DNA of 63,148 nucleotides, the filler included, from Atractiella rhizophila (lineage: Eukaryota), in assembly GCA_021432655.1 (NCBI GenBank). It is 8 parts of 8 records of this genome, joined end to end, with 100 filler letters (N's around TTAATTAATTAA, not from the genome) between each part and the next. Parts side by side here need not be neighbours in the genome. Positions count along the whole stretch, not along the records: positions 41,464 to 50,577 come from MU272125.1; positions 50,678 to 59,777 come from MU272126.1; positions 59,878 to 63,148 come from MU272160.1; 5 more parts are not named here. The stretch is one strand, 5' to 3'. The position numbers and the translations under genes were made by a program. The stretch's first letter is position 1. Every line of letters starts with the position of its first letter. Shown here piece by piece: positions 49,288-61,490 of this stretch. The notes under the pieces are model-generated. The model did no database searches and had not been told where the DNA came from. It worked only from the letters and a program-made list of their open reading frames with translations.

Positions 49288-50577
49288 ATGCTGTAAGTCT
49301 GTTCAGAGTATGTACAGCAGTACTGATTCGCGGGTTCAGATACCTGCTTGATTACGGAGCTGGTGAGCTCTCTTACAAGTATCACGCCTGCAACTAACGA
49401 TTTCCCTGATAAGGCAATGTTCGTTCGCTTGCAAACTCAATAGAGAAGCTAGGATTTCAATTTCGATGGGTGGAGAGTGCTTCAGATCTCTCAAATGCAA
49501 CTGTATGTTTGTTGTCAGTTCAGTTCAGACTCATCACTGAATTGATACATCTCAGGCTCTTGTCTTTCCAGGCGTTGGTGCCTTTGGACAGGCGATGGAA
49601 TCTCTTCACTCGAAAGGGTATTCGTCAGCTTTGAAAAGCTACATAGAATCTGGAAAACCGTACTATGGCATCTGTATCGGCATGCAGACTCTCTTCCTCT
49701 CATCTGAGGAAGACCCCGTCGACGGATTGGGGGTAATTCCCGCTTCAATTACTCGTTTCTGCTCAACTTCCAAATCTGTGCCTCACATCGGATGGAACGG
49801 CGCGTCAGCTTTTTTTGAGGATGCACCATCTGGGGAGGAGGAGAAGTACTACTTTGTCCATTCTTACAAGGCCACCTTTGCGGCCGAAGAGGAGTGGGCA
49901 AAAAACTGGACTGCTACCATCACACGGTATGGTGACGAAGACTTTGTTTCGAGCGTCCAGAGAGGAAACGTTTTTGCAACTCAATTTCACCCCGAGAAAT
50001 CGGGAAAGGCTGGTCTCGAACTGTTGGACCAGTGGTTACGCAAAGCCTCTTCCTTGGAGCCCCGTCGTCTAAAAGAGATACCTTCTATAACGACAAGAAA
50101 ACCTCTTCCCGATCTGAATGGCCGTCTGCAACGAAATGGACTCACCAAGCGCGTTGTGGCGGCTCTTGACGTGCGGACAAATGATGAAGGCGACCTCGTC
50201 GTGACTAAGGGTGATCAATACGACGTTCGAGACAAGTCTACGTCTAATTTAGGATCTAACGCCGTCCGCAACCTTGGGAAACCAGTTGATCTCGCGAAGA
50301 GATATTATGAAGAAGGAGCGGACGAGATTTGTTTTCTCAACATCACTTCTTTCCGCTCCTGCCCTCTCGCCGACCAACCCATGCTGGATGTAGTTCGTCT
50401 CGCTGCCCAGGAAGTCTTCATACCTCTTACAATTGGAGGTGGGATACGGGATACGGTTGATCCTGATGGGAAGAAGACTAGTGCGCTAGAGGTGGCTGGA
50501 ATGTATTTCCGGCAAGGTGCGGACAAGGTCAGCATTGGCAGCGACGCAGTCGAAGCGGTCGAAGCTCTTCTGAGGCA
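49288..50577 (+). CDS. HIS7: Imidazole glycerol phosphate synthase HisHF, 3' partial
   Basis: LDYGAG|NVRSL, FPGVGAFG, GICIGMQ, VPHIGWN, YYFVHSY, TQFHPEKSG, LDVRTNDEGDLVVTKGDQYDVR, GADKVSIGSDAV. Confidence 0.96.
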
Positions 50578-50677
50578 NNNNNNNNNNNNNNNNNNNNNNN
50601 NNNNNNNNNNNNNNNNNNNNNTTAATTAATTAANNNNNNNNNNNNNNNNNNNNNNNNNNNNNNNNNNNNNNNNNNNN
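50578..50677. other. Artificial contig linker
   Basis: N-TTAATTAATTAA-N, 100 nt. Confidence 0.99.
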
Positions 50678-52014
50678 GTGTCAGAAATGTTCCCGATCCT
50701 TAGAATACGGAAACGGAGGAAAGCAGGGAGGAGGTGGACTGTATTGTGAGCTGCGGCAGAACTCTCGAAAAAGACCGAGAGGATCACAGGGGTTCCTTTT
50801 CGTTCGGAGAGTTGGTGCATGAGAGCGAGGGAGGCAGCGCCAGTGGCTTCATGATAGCCCTGCACAGATATAGATAACGAGGTGATGTTTCTCATCCCAT
50901 TGATACCGTCCTCGAGCCATCGTCGGAAGGTAGGTTGGAAGACGTTTCGTGACACTTGGTCCTCCCATCCGAACCCACTTCGGAAGCCTGTCCCATCTGG
51001 ACTGGGAACCGGCACTGTACATCTCCTCAGCTGGATGTCATTGAGATTTGGAAAGACCCCATAGAGAAAAGGATTCCACACTGGCACCTGTGTGAGGGAT
51101 AGAGATGTGAGAGATGGATGTGACTTGAGGTTCGTGAAGAAAAGGGATATGTCTAAATCCCTGCGGCGTTCGACGAGAGAAGGGGCAACTGCGAGATCTG
51201 CTACCTCGAGGAAATGAAGATGCGGCGGGAGTGGTATGAGGAAACCGGTGTGAATGTAAAAGTCACTTCTGAGGCTGAGTTTCGATAGGTGGACACACTG
51301 TGATACAAAATGCGAGACCACCTCGAATTCGGCAGGAGAGAAGCCGTGCAATTGGACAGTTTGCAGAATGCGGACGCTGGCGAGAAATCTTTCAAGTGTA
51401 CGTGTGAACGGGACGTTGACTGTAAGGTGGCGTATGGTATCGAAATCCTGGGAGAGCAAGGCTGATGGCGACGGCAATCGACAATCTTGAAGTTGAAGCG
51501 TGAACCTCTTTAACAAACGAGATTCCCCGATCTTTGGGAATAGACAGTCGAAAGGCACCGCCATCGAGGTCGCACGGAAAACAAGATATTTAAGCCTCCG
51601 TAGGGGAGGAACCATGATCAGGTTCTTGTCATGTGCGACGTCTCTAGTATAAGCGATAAGCTCCTCAAGATTAGGGACGCAGAGTAAAAGCTGTGCGGCC
51701 AAATAAACCTCGGTGCAGTCAATAATGAGTGTCTTCACGATATTTCCCTTCTGAGGATTAGAAACGAGTAGGTCCAGAAGCTTGACGCCGTTTTCTTCGA
51801 GATCTTGAAACAGCGTCTTCACAGGAGAGGAGGCAATGTGACCGGGAATAGAGAGAACCGACAGAAGGAGTTCTGATGCGATTAAGGACCACCGATAGTT
51901 GACAAGTGCAAAAAGGTAGAAGTTACTTTGTTGACTCGAAGGTGGAAGTGCATGAGCAAGGATGAGACGGAGAAGCTCAACAGGGACCCTTTCCTCGAAT
52001 CTGAAAGGCAGCAT
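50678..52014 (-). CDS. F-box/LRR protein, intronless, paralogue of 34275-35843 (3' partial)
   Basis: FEERVPVELLRLILAHALPP..LVNYRWS aligns with FEAKIPSEILRPILSYNLPP..HVNKRWS; shared FF.NL..LYGV.P.L motif. Confidence 0.8.
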
Positions 52015-52229
52015 TTCAAGCTGCGATAGCGCAATCAACGTCGCATTTGAGCTCTTAGGTAGAGGTACTTACAGAGTCGTCCATGATTGTCGCAATTTGC
52101 GAAAAGAAGTTCAATGCAACCTTTGTCAACTCGCAGTAGAGCTAATCAGTAAATCTTTGTAACACAGTAATTACGAACCTTGATTTCTCCCTCTGAATCG
52201 CTTTGCTTTGCGCAATCATAGAACAAGAG

Positions 52230-53351
52230 ATGTATGTGTATGGGTCAGTGCCTCTTTCTTTCACTGTTTGCAGGTCTGATCTAGTCGATTAGATACGGCT
52301 GTAGGTCTTTCAACCTGACGTTATACCTTCTGCCAACGACTCGCCAAACATCTTCTCTTTAGCTCTGATCTGGAAGCCGCCACCGCACACAATAGAAAGA
52401 AGTAAGCCTCTAGCTCTGTGAGCATTATACTTCTTTTTGATTCACATGAAAGGCAGTTCCCGGCTACGTTAAGGGATTTGTCAGACGCTTCGCCCAAAAA
52501 TCGCACGACCATCGTGGCGTTCCTGGTGTTCGTCATCCCCTCACCTCTTACCTTCCACCGCTTTGTTTGGCGATGAAAGCTCATTAAAATTATGCACGGA
52601 TATAGGCACCAGGGAGAGTCGTCACTCTCCTGACGGCTGATGATTGGAAAACTGTGTCACAGAATGCAGGTCTTCACACATTCAGCATGGCTGATTAAGT
52701 ACTGATTATTATGTTAGGATGAGCATCTACGTTCATCCGAAGAATGCATAGTTTGGGGAGTAGCCTATCTCATCGATCCTGCTTACGAGAAAGAGGTATT
52801 TGCCTACCTGGATCATCGAGAAAAGGCGCGTCCCACTCATTTGTTTTCAATCCGGTTGACGGGTTATCAGGATGGTTATACTCTCAGAAACGTCGACTTG
52901 TACGGTCCCTCTGAAGACGGCACTGGGGAGCGAGTGCTCGTCTCCAAAGTTGGTTCCTTCCTGACCTAGAGCCTGATGCTGATGCTGACACTTGCCTGTT
53001 CACGAATCGAAGGCTATGACCTACGTAGGCGAGCTATCAAATCCTTCATTTGCCGGATATGAGAAGCTTTCCCTTGTTGCTGAAACAGTGCATCGGAGTG
53101 TCGGTTGGTGTTTGCTTCGACTTTCCTTTCACAATGGCTGACGACCACAATCAGGTCCATCAGGTCCCAACCAGGTTTGTGCTAGTGCCTTTTCTCGCGG
53201 CGAAAACTGATTGAGGGAACTAAAGGAGTATCTTTTCAAGCTCGTTGAATCGATTGCGGAGTTGGCGCCAGAGAGCGAGGATACCTATTTGATGGAGATG
53301 GTACAGAGGGTCAAGGAGCTTGATGAGATAAATGGGCGTGTAAAGATTTAG
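52230..53351 (+). CDS. GCG1: ChaC-like glutathione-specific gamma-glutamylcyclotransferase
   Basis: Spliced MYVYGYGSLIWKP, GYVKGFVRRFAQKSHDHRG, PGRVVTL, VWGVAY, YLDHREK|DGY, GPSGPN|EYLFKL; start may lie in an upstream exon. Confidence 0.9.
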
Positions 53352-53760
53352 ATTGAGAAATCGAAACATATACACCTTCTCCCTACTTTGGGGACTCTGA
53401 AAGCGCTTGATATTCATCTATCCACTTTGGTCGAATTGTTGCCTCTCGCAAATGTTTCGGAAATAGGAACGCAATGAGGACGATCAAATTTCTCCCCTTC
53501 TTTCAAATTTACGCGTCTCTTTAGTCCTTTATATATACTCCACCGCATTACAGCACCCTCCGTCTTGCCAAAGTTGCTTTGTGTCGTGTCTTGGTCGTGT
53601 TTTTTGTTTGTCATTCACTTTCTTCAGCAACAATCTAATCTCCGATCATTCCACGTTCAACTTTCAACTTTCAACAGCTTCAACAGTGCGCAGACTCAGC
53701 AACATACCCTTTTCACTCCCATTATTTTAACAGGGCACCGTCCTAGACATATTCTATACA

Positions 53761-55762
53761 ATGCCTGTCGCGCCAGGCTGGCCACACGCACCATACTACA
53801 CGCTCCAATCCCCGTCCTCATCCTCACCCATCCTATCCGCACTCCTCGACCCTTTCTTCCCCAAGAAGGACCGCAGCTATGGGAGGTGGGATCTGCCGCA
53901 TAGTCCCCGGGAGGAGAAGGTCAGAGATGATAGGCGGCTGGAGTATGAAATTAAGAGAGTGTTTAGGGGAGAGGAATGGGTTGCGTGGCAGGAGATTAGC
54001 TGGAAAGAAAAGGTGGTCGAGAAAGGTATGGCTTGTTTTATTTATTGGAAGGGAGAGCGATGGAGGGATTGATTCGCCCTTGATTGCCCTTCAAAGGCAA
54101 ACGCAGTTACCACATGCTTTATCAGTGCGCTTTGCCTACGTGCCTACGTTGGTTGTACCACCTACATCTTACACTCTGTTCCCTGCGCAGTGGAAGGGAA
54201 TGCCTTCATCTTAACTGTGATGTTTATAGTGGACAAATGGAAATAGGTAGAGCGCGCTTGATAACATTCATCCAAATTCCCGAGCTCGCTCTCCTCTCAG
54301 TTATCCCAAACCTTTGCTCTTAGCTAAATTCATGCATACTGGGTATCGAGTAGGACTGAACCTTGACCTTTCCGCAAAGGGCAGAGCGCTTGAGCTCGTC
54401 TGCGTTTGAGATGACCAAGTCCGCGCTCTTGTGGGAAGGGTAGGACAGCTGTGGTTTTATCCACAATGATACGATGTGGCACTGACAACGAACCTACTCA
54501 CCATCTATAATCAATCAATCTTCGGGCTTGGCTATCCCGCTTCTGCTGTTACGTTTGGTAGCACAACAAGCTAACAATATTTTTTCTTTCAGGACATTAC
54601 CGAACGCTTGTTTTCGTCCATGGAATCAACGATTATGGTCAGCTCCCCCATTTCTCGCCATTTCCAGAGTAACGACTTTGTTACAGCGGGCAAGTTCACG
54701 GATCACTGTCTTTTCTTTCTCGAAGCCGGATACCGTCTCATCCTCCCTGACCTCCCCTCCCATGGGCGGTCCAGCGGTCTACATGTCTACTTGACGGACT
54801 TCGATCAAGCTGTAGAAGGCGTTAGGGTGGTGCTCGAAGAGGTGCAACGGGAGGACAAGCAGACGGTTCGTCCTTTCCTGCTTCCAGGAATAAGAAGAGA
54901 GGATTAAGTGTCTGGTACTGGCGATAGGGCAGGAAGAAGGGAAAGTGGTTTATCGCTGGCGCTAGCTTTGGCGGTTGGGTCGCTTCCAATACAGCCTGGA
55001 GCGTACAAGTGTGCGTCGTCAATTCCTCACAAGTAGCCCAACTAACCCCACAACACGACAAAGACATGCTTCACCTGACATCGAACAATTCTCCGGCGTT
55101 CTGCTCCTCGCTCCCATGTTTTCAATGTCGGTCTCCCCCACTCATCCACTTCCACTTCCTGACCGCTGACAACGGTACGATGCTCTCTAGAGTCGGGGAC
55201 AGTCGGCCGTCCAAAGCGGTGGAACTCGTCGCCCGCAGCCTCGCTTACGTCGCTGGGCGTTTCCCTCTTGCGGCGGCCAATCGCGGAAACTCTTCAGCGA
55301 AGCCTGGGATCGAGGAGGAGTTCATAACCGTGCGTTATCCTATCCTGATTGAGGAGGGGTATCAAGCTGAAACTGGTGTTCAGGATTGTCAGACGTATCA
55401 TGGGAAACTGCGAATTGCTACAGGACTCGCAGTACTCAAGGTCGGTGTTATTTCAATCAATCTAGGCTCTTGAACAAGCGTTCAATGGGGTTTATTTGCA
55501 GGCTTTGGATGATGCTAAGACGCGCTTGATGGATCTTGATCGGCCGATCAAGATCTGGCACGGGTTGGCGGATAGGGTGACGGACTGGAAGGGATCTCAG
55601 AGGGTGATTGAGATTGCGAAGAGTAAGGATAAAGAGTTGGAGTTGGTGCCTGATGGCGAACATGTGTTGCTCCCGGTTGGAGATGAGAATATTAAGGACG
55701 ATGATGTTCCGAGACAGAAGATGTTGAAGGCTATGATGGATTGGATGGAGGCGAGGGGATGA
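53761..55762 (+). CDS. Alpha/beta hydrolase, monoglyceride lipase/Hydrolase_4-like; 567-nt first intron
   Basis: Exon 1 53761-54025 joins in phase to GHYRTLVFVHGINDY; DLPSHGRSSGLH, GASFGG nucleophile elbow, YHGKLRIATG, IWHGLADRVT, GEH. Confidence 0.88.
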
Positions 55763-56306
55763 TTTGGTTCTGTGCTGTAAGTTTGATGTTAGATTCTTGT
55801 GCTCTAGAGAACTGTCTAGATTCCTGTTGTGATCGATATATCCTTACTACTTATATATCATCCTATATTCTACGTAGCGAGTAATACATAATTGCATGGT
55901 TTGTCGTCACACCTCCAAGGGCTTATGATGCCCAACATCCCCATGTCACAGCAATGAACTGCAGTACATGCTACAGCATTCGCTCTATACCAATCCTGTT
56001 CTTCCCTCAACTGTCCCACCCTGTTCAATCCAGCATTGTTCCCATCCCATCCATCCTCCCCAGCTTCCTGCTCCTCTGATACCCATGCCCGCCTCATCTT
56101 TCGCGCTGTCCCCTCCCTGTTCTTCCCTCAACGGCCCACTCTCCAATGCTTTATTCCGGCGACACTGAGCGACATTGCTTCCCACCTACTTCCCGATCGG
56201 CAGATCCCGGCTCAGGCAACACCGGTGTTTTCACGCCCGGCATCAACGCGCTCAAAAAAGTGAACCCCCAGCTTCAGCTTTCCTCCCAACAACCTGCACG
56301 AGACAG

Positions 56307-59300
56307 ATGCTGCAACGGCAGCGACTCCCCCACACCCTCCGCCACATCGCACTCCGCACCACCCCAGCTAAGCTCATGGCTCGCTCGACCTCCTCTTCCT
56401 CTTCCCCTTCCTCTTCCTCGCAGCAGGCACAGGTGCTGTACGCTTCTGACGCCTCGCTGCCGCATCTGCCGGTGCCGAGCATCGAGCAGACGGCGGAGAG
56501 GTATTTGGATAGTTTGAAGGCGTTTTGGAGGACGAAGGAGGAGGAAAGGAGGAGTAGAGAGGCTGTGAAGGAGTTTAAGGAGAGTCCCCTTGTTAGGACA
56601 CTCCAGGAGAGGCTGGAGGAGAGAGCGAGGGATCCGGAGTCGAAGGGTAACTGGTAGGTTTCCTCTATTTGCTGAGTTGAAGGTTTGGCGTGGTGGGAAA
56701 AGCGAATGCTATCGCTCTGCATTTGCACTTGGCGAATAGTGGGCAAAGGGCTCAGAGAGTATGGATAACCAGTATGCCAGTTCATGTTTCTCAAGAAACT
56801 GCGAAGAAGAATGAAAGGATAAATCCTGCGCATTGCCCTATCGTAACGAATACTTCATTTATTTAATTTTCAGGCAGCATGCTCATTATTAAAGCAAGCA
56901 TATAATATATTAAGGACAGAAAGAAGTCCCTTGGAGCTTCTCATTAATGTTCCAGTATCTCTCATTGAGAGTGAAGTGGCAATATTACTCTGTCAACCGG
57001 GATAACCAAAGAGATTTGTCGTCTCCGTTATTTATTTCCCTTTTTAAAGAAGTTAATGCGGAACAATCCATTCATTTTATTCTCCAGCTTAAACGGGAGA
57101 TGAGGATGGTACAGGTGTGCTGTTGCGCAACAAAGTTGATTTGGTTTTTGGATATCTTCTCTCCTCGTTAACATGTGCAGAGAAGGGAAGAGACGGGAGT
57201 AAGCTTCATCCTTTCCTTTCTCCTATTTCTTCTTTTGCTTTCTTCTTTCTCGGTCTCCCCTTGAAAGTGATTTGTGGATAGAAGGGAGAAGACGATACTC
57301 CTCATCTTCTTGAGCAAATCACAATATTGCGCAAAGTTGAACATTTATTTATTACGGTGGCTCTTTCATTTGGCGGTGGAGGAGCACGGAATAAGATAAA
57401 GTAGATAAGAAATATTGCCGTCATTGCTATATTCTATTTGAAGAGTCTGTCAAATGTGACTTGCTGTATTTGCGAACAATTTCATGCAACTTGGGCGTGA
57501 CACATCACATGTCTCTGGATGTCGTATATCAGGTAGCTGACATTGAACGGGGTAGGCTCGCTGATTGGTGGAACTACTACGCATACCTCCAACCTCGCGA
57601 CCCTCTAGTACCCTGGGTGAACTACTTCTATTCCCACGCCCCAGTCCCTCACACTCCCCCCTCCCCAACCCTTCGAGCAGCTCTCCTCACTCGCGGGATC
57701 CTCGCCTTCCGAAAACTCGTAGTGACCGAGACCCTCGCCCCTGAAGCTGTCGGAAAAGGGGCAAAACTCGATTCCTCCTCTTACAAATACCTCTTCGGCG
57801 CATGGCGAAGACCCGTCAAGGGCGGACCGGACGCGACAGGCGCTGGAGAACAGAATGGTCGACAGACGATCGTCGTTATGAGGGGCGGTGAAATGTTTGA
57901 GGTGGAAGTCATCAATGAGGCGGGACAGGAATTGAGCGCGAGGGAACTGCAGGAGTATGTCCATATCCTTCACTGATTGAGTGCGAGAGGTTAACCCTGC
58001 GGTTCAAGTCAGTTCGACGTCATCGTCAAGGCCCAAGGGCAGAAGAAGACACCGTCTCCAGTTGGTGCTCTCACCACAGCTAATCGTGACCATTGGGCTG
58101 AGGTACTTGCATCTCCTTTTGATTCATGCCTCCCTCTCATCCGTTTGGATAGGCTAGGGAAGAGCTCTTGAAAAATGCCGCCAACAGCGAATCGATAGCA
58201 AAGATCGACAGGTCTCTCTTGGTTCTCGTACTGGATCAGGACCGACCGACGACTCGAGAGGAAGTCTCTTGGGGGTTGTGGGTAGGAGATGGCAAGAATC
58301 GATGGTTCGACAAACACCAGTGTAACTAGACTCCCATACCTTCCTTCACCCCTCGCTGAAGCTTCATACAGTGATTGTCTTTGACAATGGTCGCACTGGC
58401 TTCAACGGAGAACATTCCATGCTCGATGGGACACCCACATCGCGTCTCAACGACTTCCTACTTCGTTCCATCGCCGCGCGCACCCTTCCATTGGGAGACT
58501 CGCGCCGCTCCTTGCCTCCTCCCACCAAGCTCCAATGGGATCTCAGCCGCGCGTCCCAAGAACACATTGGCAAAGCAGAAAGCGACTTCACAGCTCTGAT
58601 GGGCAAGCATCAACTCTCAGTACTGGACTACGCCGGGTATGGAAAACCCGAAATCAAGTCGTGGAAGACATCACCTGATTCGTGGGCTCAGATGGTGATG
58701 CAGCTGGCGTATTGGAAGCTTAGCGCTCACAAGAAGGCGAAAGCTTTGGCGTTGGCTGGGAAGGAGGTCGGAGAGGGAGAGGAAGTCGGAGAGCTCGCTG
58801 GAACGTACGAGAGCTGTCAGACCCGTCGATTCAAGCGAGGACGCACAGAGGTCATTCGTACAGCCGGCATTGAAGTTCGAGAATGGTGTAACAGCATGTC
58901 AGATGGAAATATCTCCAGCGTGAAGAGACTGGAACTCTTCCGGAAGGCTTCTGCTGCTCATATTCGGTACGCTGGTTGGGCAGCGGAGGGACAGGGAGTA
59001 GACAGGCATTTGTTCGGTGCGACTTTGCGACTTCTAAATGGAGATTTCTCTAACGCTAAGCAGGCTTAAAGCTGTTGCTCAAGGAGGACGAGAAGATGCC
59101 AGACATTTACACAGATCCCTTCTTTGAGAAGTCTAAGAAGTGGGTCTTGTCGACAAGTCAGCTTAGCTCTGAATTTTTCGAGGGATGGGGTTATGGAGAA
59201 GGTATGTGTCCGATGCTTCTGAGGAGATCGCCGTGCTTACCTTGCGCCGTAGTTGTTGAAGACGGATATGGGTTGGCGTATTCTGTGAACGATCGCAGTC

Positions 59301-59443
59301 TTCGCTTTACAATCACAACAATGAATGGGGATGCAGAGGTCCTCAGAGGATTTTTGGAGGAATCGTGCAGAGAGACGAGAGCGATGGTCGAGGAAGCGAT
59401 GAAGGAGGAGGCTGCATCCAAGGAACAGCAAGCTAAGCTCTAG
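56307..59443 (+). CDS. CAT2: Carnitine O-acetyltransferase, mitochondrial/peroxisomal; 902-nt first intron
   Basis: LPHLPVPSIEQT, NW|LADWW..AYL..RDP, NRWFDK, GEHSMLDGTP, SPDSWAQM, YESCQTRRFKRGRTE, GQGVDRHLFG, LSTSQL; C-terminal AKL*. Confidence 0.95.
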
Positions 59444-59777
59444 ACACACACGTGTAGATACTGGTTGCTCTATGAAGAAAATAATGCCATCATTTGTGCG
59501 GAGTGTGGTCTTTGTCCTGCCTGTCAGAATGAAGATACATTAACGTGGATGCTTTGTTGAATACAATTGATCTAGCACAAACAACAGGAGACAACTGGCA
59601 GAAAATACACAAATACGGCAAGGAACTTTACATCGTAGACTTCTTGGACAGATCTGTTGGTTGCAGGAGGGAATCCGTGGAACCAGCAATGGAGCCAGTT
59701 TCAGTCTTCCCCGGCTCTCGACTTACATCCGGTTGCGCCTACATCCTGAATGTCAATGACATGGTGACCAGGAGAAG

Positions 59778-59877
59778 NNNNNNNNNNNNNNNNNNNNNNN
59801 NNNNNNNNNNNNNNNNNNNNNTTAATTAATTAANNNNNNNNNNNNNNNNNNNNNNNNNNNNNNNNNNNNNNNNNNNN
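59778..59877. other. Artificial contig linker
   Basis: N-TTAATTAATTAA-N, 100 nt. Confidence 0.99.
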
Positions 59878-60255
59878 ACGGAGCAAAGCCAGCGCGCGAG
59901 GGCGCATGGCAGCGCAACAACCTAAAGAAAACCAGAGTCGTAGTGTTGTCTCTTCCCGCTTTCTCCACCTCCGACGGGAACACGCCGTGCTTGCATGGAA
60001 GATCGGTCCAAAATGTGCATATGGTCACGCACAAATCTAGGCAGTCCGGGGCTTGGGCGGGCACACGGCATCTTTCCCAACTCGCTCTGCTCCTGTAAAA
60101 CCACGTCCAGCTCGAATTAGCTCCTTTAGAGCTTTCCTGTTCCCCACTTAGATATCGTCTATTGGGACATTTAAGGTGGTGGTTGTGTTATTCTTGGCCA
60201 CTCTCCATTTTTCTCAGCTCCCTTTCAACCATCATCGACCTGTCGAGCCTTCGAT

Positions 60256-61490
60256 ATGCCTCTCCTCCTCCTTCTTCAAGCGTTCCTCGTCAACGCCCAA
60301 TCTGAAACGTCCTTCCCGTCCTACATCCCATCCGTGGTCGTAGGCAGCGGTCCCTCTGCCATCCCAGTCTCCTCCTCGGTCGCACCAGGGACATGGGAGG
60401 CAGGTGGCAGCGTAACCGTTAGCGGGACCGTGCTTCCCCCTCCTTCGATGACGGGGATGGGTCGACAAGCTCAGATAAATTCTGCCACGGACTTCTGTCT
60501 CTTCCTTCCACCAAACCCGGACAAAGAGAACCTCGTCCAGGCTGAAGCTGATGCCGTTGCTTACTGCTTCAATCCCTAGTGATTCCTTCATTTGATCGAT
60601 CCAATTTTCATGCTGAAGGTCCGGTGACAGTAATGAGACCCGTCCTTTCCCTGATGGATTTATCACGAGAGCGCACTTTCGAAGGACTGCGGACTATGTG
60701 CAAGTCAGTGGCACGTATGACTGGGCCAGGATGAATCTCAATCCTTACGATTGTATGGCTCCTTCCCTTTGATGTGGAGAAAGATTAAAATACGTGTAGG
60801 TGGTGGAGAATACGACAATCACGGACCTGATGGAGTCGTGCGTATCTCTTGATTGATGACACATAGAAAGATTCTGAAAGAAAGCAGGGAAATCCCGTTG
60901 GTGCACATATCGACGGCGGTCAAGACTTTTTCGTGGGTCTTCCGTCCTTACCTCTCAGCAATCCTTTCTGAATGAGCCGTCCCCAGCAATTTCTTGGGCA
61001 CTGCGATATCCCCGGTGTCGGAACATTTGTGATCCGCTCCTGCTTCGGAGACCAATCCTATCCCTACTGTCGCAACACCTTCGACCTCATGGGCGGACTC
61101 TGGGTCGCGCCGGGAGACTATAACGTGGATCCAGGATGGACGAACTGCGATGCGAACGCTGATCTTCCAGTTGGAGTCTACAACGACTCTTACACCTTCG
61201 CTCAGGGTCAATCCGTCACTCCGACACCTGTCACCGCTCCTGCTTCCTCCAACTGTGTGGAAACCGCCAGTCCCGTGAACAAAGGCGTCACATATTACTT
61301 TGAGGATAACGTCTCCGGTATTGGCTCTGCGACGGGTAAAACTGGTAGCACTGGTGGACCTAAAGAAACTGGTGGGAGTGGAAGTGGAGGTTCTGGAAGC
61401 AATTCGGCCGCTGCACCATCTGGAGGTGTTGCTGCCTTTGCGGTAATGGCTGTTGCGGGAATGGTGGTGGGAGTTTTAGCCATTTTGTGA
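60256..61490 (+). CDS. Secreted GPI-type mannoprotein, MP88-like (paralogue of 10173-11511)
   Basis: Signal peptide, QINSATDFCLF..AVAYC, TRPFPDGFITRAHF..YVQVSG, GGEYDNHGPDG..GNPVG, YCRNTFDLMG, PASSNC, Gly/Ser tail plus hydrophobic end. Confidence 0.85.

Noticed and set aside
9263..59877. Seven regularly spaced TTAATTAATTAA motifs in N runs
   Set aside because: Artificial six-frame-stop linkers joining contigs, not a biological repeat or CRISPR array
10173..61490. Apparent Cryptococcus capsule/antigen cluster (two MP88-like genes plus GT90)
   Set aside because: The genes are on different contigs and these families are widespread in basidiomycetes
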